From the NCBI GenBank assembly GCA_963744145.1, contig CAVUSO010000001.1, forward strand, positions 544,001 to 608,000: a stretch of 64,000 nt of DNA, in the 5' to 3' direction. Below the pieces are notes generated by a model. That model had not been told where the DNA came from. It ran no database searches and was given only the letters and a program-made list of their open reading frames with translations. Position numbers and translations under genes: made by a program. Origin of the DNA: an uncultured cyanobacterium. Its GTDB lineage: Bacteria > Cyanobacteriota > Cyanobacteriia > Cyanobacteriales > CAWUOF01. Shown here one piece after another: positions 11,633 to 19,490 of the stretch; the stretch's first letter is position 1, and each line of letters opens with the position of its first letter.

Positions 11633-11659
11633 TGAAGTTAAAAAGATGAATTTGCTTTA

Positions 11660-11788
11660 AACACTTCAGAGCCAGAATTTTCTAACAATCAAAGCAACTT
11701 CCAGCACTTCTTCCGCAGAGCCATATTTACCAGTTCCCAGTTTATTTTGGAGCAATCATTCTTGGGCTTTCGTCAGAGTAATGCTCAT
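11660..11788 (-). pseudogene. ParD-like (RHH) antitoxin remnant
   Basis: Translates MSITLTKAQE*LLQNKLGTGKYGSAEEVLEVAL with an internal TGA at 11756-11758. Confidence 0.55.
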
Positions 11789-11851
11789 AAAATTTTCAGG
11801 TTATTTTGATGATTAATTAGTATAATACCTCAATTCTATTAATTTTTAACT

Positions 11852-13961
11852 ATGGTTACCTCAATAAAATCTAGCACCCCTAAATTGTTTAAATTTCGGC
11901 TTCGTACAGCTCTTGTAGTTCCCTTTGTCTGCCAAATTGCTGGGACAGTGGGATTAGTGGGATATCTTTCATTTCGGAATGGACAAGAGGCAGTCAACAA
12001 ACTTGCGAGTCAAATCAGAATCGAGACTGCGAGCCACGTCCAGCGAGTGATGGAGAACTATTTTACAGTGCCATTCAAAATAACACATAGCAACATTAAC
12101 GCATTGCGGCTTAATCAAATCAAACTTCAAGATAAAGAAGCGATCGAACAATATTTTTTCTATCAGTTTCAGGCTTTCCCTTTATCACAGGAACTCTATG
12201 TGGGAATGCCTGATGGCACTCTGATCTATGTAGTACACAAACCTAATGGCACTTTCATTGCCAATACGACTAGTATTTTTCCCAAGCGAGAAATGTATCA
12301 ACTTGATCATCAAGGTAAGCGGGGTAAGCTCATAAGTACAAGTGATTATGATTGCCGCACTCGTCCCTGGTATAAACTCGCAGTTGAGAAGCGAGGACAG
12401 GTATGGACAGATGTATATTTGTTTACAACGTTACAGAAATTGGGGATTACAGCAGCAGAACCTTATTATGATGAACAGGGTAAACTTATGGCAATTTTTA
12501 CCGGTCAATTTCCTCTAGAAGTAATCTCGGATTTTTTGGGGACTCTCAAAGTCAGCTCAACCGGACAGGTTTTTATTCTGAGATCGGACTGGACGGCTAT
12601 CTGCATCATCAACAGGAGAAAACTCCTTAGTTGGTGCGAATGGAGAACAGAATCTGTTTGACGCAGTTGAGAGTAAAAATCTTTTGACTAGTAAAACAGC
12701 ACAGTATTTAAAACAGCAGTTTAGTGATCTGAGCCAAGTTAAAGAGTTGCAAGAGTTATCTTTTGATATTGATGGTAAACGTCAATACCTGCTGGTGCAG
12801 CCTTATATTGATCCAAAGGGATTGGATTTTCTGATCGTAGTCGTTGTACCAGAAGCAGATTTTATGGAACAAGTTAATGCTAATAATCGCACCACAATTT
12901 GGCTATGTTTGCTGGCGTTGGGATTAGCGATCGCTGTAGCAATTGTGACTAGTAACTGGATTACTCGTCCGATTTTGCGAATTGCCGAAGCCTCAGAAAA
13001 GTTGGCAGAGGGAAATTTTGACCAGCATATTCTATCTAGTCAGATGATTGAAATTGCCAGACTGATAAATTCCTTTAATCTGATGGCAAAACAACTCAAA
13101 GACTCTTTTGACAAAATCACTTCAGTAATTTTGCAGGCTGATCAAGTTGGGAATCAAATCAGATTATCTACCAGCCAAATTGTTAATGGGAACCAGCAAA
13201 TAGAAGCTACCGCAGTCCAGCAAGCTACTTCAACAAATGAAGTAGGAACAACTGCCCGTCAAATTGCCTCTACTGCTGGGAAATTAGTTGAGACGACAGA
13301 AAATATTGCTGCACAAGCTACCACAACGGAATTGGCAGCGAGTCAGGGTCAAAAGAGCCTGAGCGAAATGGCTGAAGCAATGAATCAGTTGGCAGAATCT
13401 ACCAATTTAATTGTTTCTCGGCTAGAGGTAATGACGGAAAAAGCTCAGAAAATTAATAGCGTGGTGCTGACTATTTCTAAAGTAGCAGATCAGACCAATT
13501 TAATTTCTATTAACGCTAATATTGAAGCAGAAAAAGCCGGAGAGGCTGGAGTAGGTTTTGCGGTTGTGGCTAGAGAAGTGCGTCGAATGGCTGATAACTC
13601 AGCCGCGGCTTCTGGAGAAATAGAAGATATAGTCAAAGATCTTCAATTATCTGTTTCTCAGGGTATGATGGCAATGGATAAGTTCAGCCAACAAGTAGGT
13701 TACTATGTAGAACAGGTTGGTCGCATTAGTGGACAGATTGCTGAGGTAATTGAGCAAGTCCAGAGCCTGACGCCCCAATTTCACCAGATTAGTCATAGGA
13801 TGGAAGGACAATTTCAAGGAGCGCAGCAAATTAGTTTCGCGATCGCTCAATTAAGTGAAGTTTCCCAGCAAACTGTTGTATCCTTGCAAGAAACTAACCA
13901 GGCTCTACAACAATTGAATGATACCGCACAAGAACTCCAAAATGTGGTTAAATCCAGTTAA
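11852..13961 (+). pseudogene. Methyl-accepting chemotaxis protein (dCache-HAMP-MA) split by a +1 frameshift near 12581
   Basis: ORFs 11852-12661 and 12684-13961 together are colinear with the intact paralog at 14092. Removing one base near 12581 restores ...FIL-DRTGRLSASSTGEN... Confidence 0.8.
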
Positions 13962-14091
13962 TTAGTAAAAAAATCAAGGTGGTTTTCCCAATATATTTTA
14001 CCAGCGAAAAGAAATTGAGAGGTATAAAGAAAATCTAAAATTTAGAATAGTTATTAAGCAGAATTTCGTCTATTAGCCTAATTATATCATC

Positions 14092-16203
14092 ATGGTTACC
14101 TCAAAGGAATCTATGACCTCCACCTTATTTAAATTCCGCCTTCGCACTGCAATTGTTGTTCCCTTTGTCCTGCAAATTGTCGCTATAGTTGGGTTAGTTG
14201 GCTATCTCTCATTTCGGAACGGACAGGAGATAGTTAATCAACTTTCCAGGCAACTAAGGGTTGCAGTTGCTGCTCGCATAGAGCGGCTCATGGAAGGCTT
14301 CCTTGAAGCACCATACCAAATTACACAGAGTAATGTTAACGCATTGCGTCTTCATAAAATCAAGCTTCAAGATCAAGAGGCGACTGAACGATATTTGCTC
14401 TATCAGTTGAAAATTTTCCCAACAGTCGGTGACAATTTTGTAGGAACTCCGGATGGCTCAATTATCTACGTTGGAGTTAAACAGGATGGTACTTTCATTG
14501 CCGATTCAACTGGTCGTTTTCCCCAACGAGAACGCTACGAACTAGACCAACAAGGTAAAAGAGGCAAGCTTTTGAAAGTTACTACTTTTGATTCCCGCGT
14601 TCGTCCGTGGTATAAAGCAACATTGGCAAAGCGAGGACAAGCCTGGTCAAGTGTTTTTAAGGCTCTGGGAACAGATAATATTGGTTTTGGGGCATCACAG
14701 CCATACTATGACGAGCAGGGTAACCTCGTTGCTATTTTTTCTACCAACCTGAAGCTCAAGCAAATATCTGACTTTTTGGAAACTATCAACATTAGTCCGA
14801 CCGGACAGGTTTATATCATGGATCAAGGGGGTTTAATGTTGGCTACTTCAACTGGAGAGAATCCTTTTATAGTAGATCAGGATAACAATTTGCAGCGGCT
14901 CAAAACCGTTGATAGTCAAAATCTTTTGACCAGTAAAACAGCTCAGTATTTGCAACAACAGTTTAGGGATCTAAGCCAAGTTAAGGATTTGCAAGAGCTA
15001 TCTTTTGATATTGATGGCAAACGTCAATACGTGCTAGTGCAGCCTTATCATGACCCAAAAGGGTTGGATTTTCTGATTGTAGTAGTTGTACCAGAAGCAG
15101 ATTTTATGGAGCAAATTAATGCCAGTACCCGCACAACAATTTGGGTATGTTTACTAGCGTTAGGATTAGCGATCGCGATCGCAATTGTAACTGGTAACTT
15201 GATTGCTCGTCCGATTTTGGGAATTGCCCAAGCCTCAGAAAAGTTGGCAGAGGGAGATTTTGAACAGCGGGTTTCATCTAGTCAGATCATTGAAATTGAA
15301 AGGCTAGCAAACTCCTTTAATCTGATGGCAAAGCAACTCAAAAACTCTTTTGACAAAATCACTTCAGTAATTTTTCAGGCTGAACAAGTTGGAAAGCAAA
15401 TCAGCTCATCTACCAACCAAATTATTACTACCAACCAGCAAATAGAAGCTACCGCCATTCAGCAAGCTACTTCAACGAATGAAGTAAGAGCAACTGCCCA
15501 TCAAATTGCTGCTACTTCTGGACAATTAGTCAAGACGATGGAAAATATTGCTGCACAAGCTACAGTAACAGAATTGGCAGCTAGTCAGAGTCAAAAGAGC
15601 CTGATGGAAATGGCTGAAGCAATGAATCAGCTAGCAGAATCCACCAATTTGATCGCATCCCGGCTCGAGGTGATGAATGAAAAATCCAAGAACATTAATA
15701 ATGTGGTGCTTACCATTGCCAAAGTAGCAGATCAAACCAATTTAATTTCCCTCAATGCTACAATTGAAGCGGAAAAAGCAGGGGAATCTGGAGTGGGTTT
15801 TGCGGTTGTAGCTAGAGAAGTACGTCGAATGGCCGATAGTTCGGCTGATGCCTCTAGACAAATAGAAGATATTGTCAAAGATCTCCAATCCTCAGTTGCT
15901 GAGGGTGTAAGTGAAATGGATAAGTTTAGCAAACAAGTAAGTTACTACGTGGAACGAGTTAGTCGCATTAGCGGACAGATTGCTGAGGTAATTGAGCAAG
16001 TACAGAGTCTGACACCCCAATTTCAACAGATTAGTCATAGTATGGAAGGACAATTTCAAGGAGCGCAAAAAATTAGTTTGGCGATCGCTCAATTAAGTAA
16101 AGCTTCTGAGCAAACTGTAGCATCTTTACAAGAGACTAACCAGGCGCTACACCAATTGAATGATACTGCCCAAGAATTCCAAAGTGTGGTCAAAACCAAT
16201 TAG
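14092..16203 (+). CDS. Methyl-accepting chemotaxis protein (TM-dCache-TM-HAMP-MA)
   Basis: dCache motif FDSRVRPWY, hairpin IAKVADQTNLISLNATIEAEKAGESGVGFAVVAREVRRMA. Confidence 0.92.
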   Translation: MVTSKESMTSTLFKFRLRTAIVVPFVLQIVAIVGLVGYLSFRNGQEIVNQLSRQLRVAVAARIERLMEGFLEAPYQITQSNVNALRLHKIKLQDQEATERYLLYQLKIFPTVGDNFVGTPDGSIIYVGVKQDGTFIADSTGRFPQRERYELDQQGKRGKLLKVTTFDSRVRPWYKATLAKRGQAWSSVFKALGTDNIGFGASQPYYDEQGNLVAIFSTNLKLKQISDFLETINISPTGQVYIMDQGGLMLATSTGENPFIVDQDNNLQRLKTVDSQNLLTSKTAQYLQQQFRDLSQVKDLQELSFDIDGKRQYVLVQPYHDPKGLDFLIVVVVPEADFMEQINASTRTTIWVCLLALGLAIAIAIVTGNLIARPILGIAQASEKLAEGDFEQRVSSSQIIEIERLANSFNLMAKQLKNSFDKITSVIFQAEQVGKQISSSTNQIITTNQQIEATAIQQATSTNEVRATAHQIAATSGQLVKTMENIAAQATVTELAASQSQKSLMEMAEAMNQLAESTNLIASRLEVMNEKSKNINNVVLTIAKVADQTNLISLNATIEAEKAGESGVGFAVVAREVRRMADSSADASRQIEDIVKDLQSSVAEGVSEMDKFSKQVSYYVERVSRISGQIAEVIEQVQSLTPQFQQISHSMEGQFQGAQKISLAIAQLSKASEQTVASLQETNQALHQLNDTAQEFQSVVKTN

Positions 16204-16236
16204 TCAGACTTGTCTTAGTAGGCGATCGCGCATTAC

Positions 16237-16272
16237 CGCATTTTCGGAGCGATCGACTATTTTCAGATTAAC
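16237..16272 (+). repeat. 36-bp direct repeat, left flank of the TA array
   Basis: 31/36 identical to 18834-18869. Confidence 0.65.
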
Positions 16273-16351
16273 GAACTCGTATTTCCTGTAATATGTAATA
16301 TTGGATTATAGTATGATCATTTAACCTATATTCCTGTTTAGGTGGCGATTC

Positions 16352-16813
16352 ATGAATATTAAAACTACCTTGAATGAAATTACAGCACTCAGCATTAAAG
16401 ACAGAATTAGTCTGGTGCAAGCAATTTGGAATAGTATTGCTTTAGAGCAAGCTTACCCTGATTTTACAGAGGGTCAAAAGCGCCAGCCTGACCACCTGAT
16501 TGATGATGAGATAATCAAGATAACTTTACCAGAAACGGATGTAGAGATGCAACAATTCCCGATTCTGCTGGGACAGGGAGGAGAAATTATTATTCCCCAG
16601 TTATTACAAAATTCTCTCAAGATTAATCAGGGATCTATGCTAGTATTACTTCAGATCGGCAATCTGATTTTGCTGTCTCCTAAACAACCTCAAGCTCCCC
16701 AACTAATCGATCAGATTGCCACCATTATGGAAAAGGAAAATGTGGGTTTGGCTGATTTATTGGGAGGGTTAGAAACAGAGCGAGAGGTGATTTGGCAGGA
16801 GCAACAGTCTTGA
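16352..16813 (+). CDS. Antitoxin-like protein (addiction-module-like N-terminus plus AbrB-like C-terminus)
   Basis: LSIKDRISLVQAIWNSI resembles addiction-module components. GQGGEIIIPQ..LKINQG resembles the AbrB fold. Stop overlaps the PIN gene start (TGATG). Confidence 0.55.
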   Translation: MNIKTTLNEITALSIKDRISLVQAIWNSIALEQAYPDFTEGQKRQPDHLIDDEIIKITLPETDVEMQQFPILLGQGGEIIIPQLLQNSLKINQGSMLVLLQIGNLILLSPKQPQAPQLIDQIATIMEKENVGLADLLGGLETEREVIWQEQQS

Positions 16814-17259
16814 TGCGTAGAATATTTGCAGACTCTAGCGTGTTAATTGCTGGATGTGGATCGCGCACTGGAGCTAGTCGTGCTGTGCTAACAATGGCAG
16901 AAATTGGTCTTTTCAAGTTAGTGGTATCTGAGCAAGTCTTGGAGGAATGCGATCGCAATTTACGCAAAAAACTACCTGCGGCTCTGCCAATTTTTACTCA
17001 ATTAATAGCTATTATTAACCCCGAAATTCGACCAGATCCATCACTAGAAGAATCATCACAGTGGGCGGCTATTATTGAAGCTAAAGATACTCCAATTTTA
17101 GCGGCAACTGTTCGGGCAAATATTGACCGCTTTTTGAGCTTAAATACCAAAGATTTTACTGCCGAAGTTGCTATACAAAGCGGATTAATCATTCAAACTC
17201 CAGCAGAATTTGTTAGAGAAATTCGAGAGATTGTCGAAAAAGGTTTGCTGTCAATTTGA
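16813..17259 (+). CDS. PIN-domain toxin (VapC-like)
   Basis: IFADSSVLIAG, SEQVLEE, KDTPILA, LNTKDF acidic PIN motifs. ATG at 16813 overlaps the upstream stop. Confidence 0.8.
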   Translation: MRRIFADSSVLIAGCGSRTGASRAVLTMAEIGLFKLVVSEQVLEECDRNLRKKLPAALPIFTQLIAIINPEIRPDPSLEESSQWAAIIEAKDTPILAATVRANIDRFLSLNTKDFTAEVAIQSGLIIQTPAEFVREIREIVEKGLLSI

Positions 17260-17272
17260 TAGGCTGATTAAA

Positions 17273-17455
17273 ACCTAACGCTCTGTAGTTTCTTCCTACT
17301 CTCACAGACCATAAATTGCCAATCTGCTTGAAATGCAGTGATGGATGCTTCGGATTTGTCTTAAGAAACGCATAGTTTTTGTCAACAAATTCTTGAATTT
17401 CTCTGGGCAGTTGACGATAACTTTTCCAAAATTCAGGCGTTGTAAAATGTTTCAA
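17273..17455 (-). pseudogene. RelE/ParE-superfamily toxin, apparently C-terminally truncated
   Basis: TTPEFWKSYRQLP..NPKHPSLHFKQIG..WSVRVG..YRALG. Recognisable similarity ends after RALG. TTG start overlaps the antitoxin stop. Confidence 0.6.
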
Positions 17456-17649
17456 ATTTCCCGACACTTTCCTTGACTAAATGCTTGTTCTGCTTGTCGA
17501 ATTAATGGGTCAAATTTACCTGCTTTCAGATCCTTTTCAATTTGCTGATCCCAAAGGTTTTCTTGGAACTCCTCAAGCCATTCAAGAAACTCGGTGAGTT
17601 CATTTTGTGAAAGTTCTCTTACGGCTGTTTTAAGTTCTATAATGTTCAT
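17452..17649 (-). CDS. Antitoxin partner of the RelE-like gene
   Basis: 65 aa from the ATG at 17649, with WDQQIEKDLKAGKFD motif, translationally coupled to the toxin. Confidence 0.6.
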   Translation of the reverse strand: MNIIELKTAVRELSQNELTEFLEWLEEFQENLWDQQIEKDLKAGKFDPLIRQAEQAFSQGKCREI

Positions 17650-17716
17650 TTTTCTTGATATTCGTTTGCCTGTTGCGCTAATTTTGTCTTTGCGATCAAT
17701 CCTGACTGGTGAGCCG

Positions 17717-17774
17717 TTGGTAGAGTATTGGAATCGCATAATACTCAGTTTTGGTTGCTGTTAGCCAGATTCAT
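17717..17774 (+). repeat. 58-bp direct repeat flanking the vapBC module, copy 1
   Basis: 53/58 identical to 18498-18555. Confidence 0.8.
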
Positions 17775-17791
17775 CTGTATTTTACGTTTAA

Positions 17792-18232
17792 TTAAGTGGA
17801 TTTACTTAATGTCCAGTCCTCGATCGCCAAGCCCGGAACCTTGCTAAAGTCACTAATGTTACGAGTCAACAGCACTAAGTCCCGCGAAAGTGCGATCGCA
17901 GCGATCCGTAAATCCATCGTCGCAATGCGAACTCGTTGCGATCGTAACCCCTCGAATAATGTTGCAGCCCCAGTATCGAATGGCAAGATCGTTGCTGTCG
18001 AGAAACCCTGAATGATTTCTCTTAAAAGGGTATATCCGCGAACTGTATCAGCAGGTGTTTGGGAGCGAGTAATAAAGGTATGAGCACCCATTACTTGCTC
18101 GTGAAAGCTGACGATGGAAAAGGCAAAATTCGTAGGTTGATGTTGAGCAATACGAGTAGCTAATATGGTAAACTCCCGCAGCGATCGCTGTTGGAGAAAA
18201 CTGATGTGGTCAGTATCGAGCAAATATTTCAC
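17792..18232 (-). CDS. vapC: VapC-family PIN toxin
   Basis: YLLDTDHIS, SFHE, MDLRIAAIAL, LLTRN.SDF, IEDW. Confidence 0.88.
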   Translation of the reverse strand: MKYLLDTDHISFLQQRSLREFTILATRIAQHQPTNFAFSIVSFHEQVMGAHTFITRSQTPADTVRGYTLLREIIQGFSTATILPFDTGAATLFEGLRSQRVRIATMDLRIAAIALSRDLVLLTRNISDFSKVPGLAIEDWTLSKST

Positions 18233-18234
18233 AG

Positions 18235-18447
18235 CTACACCGACGCTTCATCGATAGGTTTGTCAGCATAGCGTAGTGATTTTCCGTATTCCAAAGCTTC
18301 AAGAAAAGCTTCCTGATCAGAGATTGAACCAATCACATTATCGAGCCAATTTTTGGCAGCAGGGGTGCTGTCAATTCGGAGTTTCAGGTCAGCGACGGTA
18401 TTTTCGATAGTTGCTAAACGTTGTTCGAGTGTTGTTTCATCTAACAT
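18235..18447 (-). CDS. Putative antitoxin for VapC
   Basis: 70-aa acidic ORF ending 2 bp upstream of vapC. Confidence 0.65.
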   Translation of the reverse strand: MLDETTLEQRLATIENTVADLKLRIDSTPAAKNWLDNVIGSISDQEAFLEALEYGKSLRYADKPIDEASV

Positions 18448-18497
18448 GATTTTTGCCTAATGATATGTTTTGATGTTTGGAACTATTGCTTGGCTCA

Positions 18498-18555
18498 TTG
18501 GTAGAGTATTGGCATCGCATAATGCTCAGTTTTTGTTACTGTTAGCTAGATTCAT
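18498..18555 (+). repeat. 58-bp direct repeat flanking the vapBC module, copy 2
   Basis: Matches 17717-17774. Spans the 3' end of ORF 18526-18741 and the start of a truncated downstream ORF. Confidence 0.8.
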
Positions 18556-18741
18556 TGCCTCCATCAAAGCTGTACCAGCACCAAAAGTCTCGTAGGGGGT
18601 TGGTAAGTAGTAAATCTGGTAAGGTTCTAAAGGAAAAATATCCTCACCAATCTCCTCTTCAGCAATTAGAATGCGGATTAACTCTCGTTTATCGATCGCA
18701 GACAGTTGTCTAATGGTAGGGAGTAATTCTGTTAGGGTCAT
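18526..18741 (-). CDS. Small hypothetical protein (antitoxin-like)
   Basis: 71 aa, MTLTELLPTIRQLSAIDKRELIRIL, within the TA array. Confidence 0.55.
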   Translation of the reverse strand: MTLTELLPTIRQLSAIDKRELIRILIAEEEIGEDIFPLEPYQIYYLPTPYETFGAGTALMEAMNLANSNKN

Positions 18742-18833
18742 CGGTTGTTTTCCTAGGATGTGTCTATCTTAAATATATCAGGTCAACTTAGTAATTGCAA
18801 CTTCTATGGAAATTTCACCAGTATCAATGCGAT

Positions 18834-18869
18834 CGCATTTTAGTAGCGATCGGTTATTTCCAGATTAAC
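18834..18869 (+). repeat. 36-bp direct repeat, right flank of the TA array
   Basis: 31/36 identical to 16237-16272. Confidence 0.65.
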
Positions 18870-19082
18870 AACTATCCTCTGTCCTATCTGGATGTCAACT
18901 CCTGAAGCGATCGCTCTGGGAAAAAACTGATGTGGTCATTGTATAAAGCTCCTGGTAAATCTCTGTACAAAGTTGCGTGAATTATACGCTCATTTGATGG
19001 TTATCAATAGGTTTTATAAAAATATTGTATAAACCGTATAAACGCTAGAATAACGCAATATCAATACTTTCACGCCGCACCG

Positions 19083-19179
19083 TAGAATTTTACACGCTCA
19101 CCTATAGAATTTTACACGCTCACCTATAGAATTTTACACGCTCACCTATAGAATTTTACACGCTCACCTATAGAATTTT
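19083..19179. repeat. 22-bp perfect tandem repeat, 4 copies plus a partial
   Basis: Unit TAGAATTTTACACGCTCACCTA at 19083, 19105, 19127 and 19149, partial at 19171. Confidence 0.95.
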
Positions 19180-19251
19180 CTATATTTTATTTTTTGGTAG
19201 TATATAAAATATTCAGGGAGTTAGTCAATCTATTTGAGATCCCAACAACAA

Positions 19252-19376
19252 TAGACAAGAAAGCAAAAATAAATAGGACAGGCAAGATGCCCGTCCCACA
19301 AAAGTTATTTTTCTGGTGGGACAGGCATCTTGCCTGTCAATAAATTGATCAATAAGGACTTTTGCTTTCTTGTCTA
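19252..19376. mobile_element. MITE with 17-bp TIR carrying a family B palindrome
   Basis: TAGACAAGAAAGCAAAA / TTTTGCTTTCTTGTCTA perfect inverted repeat around GACAGGCAAGATGCCCGTCCCAC...GTGGGACAGGCATCTTGCCTGTC. Confidence 0.75.
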
Positions 19377-19490
19377 ATCAAGATCGATTAGACAATCGGG
19401 TAAACCCATATTTCTCGAATAGCTCTAAAGCCTTGACATTTTTATGACCATAATTCACAATTAATCTTATGAGTCTAAGAGTTTAGTCAG

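Noticed and set aside
19083-19179. Possible CRISPR array
   Set aside because: Repeats are directly adjacent with no spacers, and there are no cas genes in the window.
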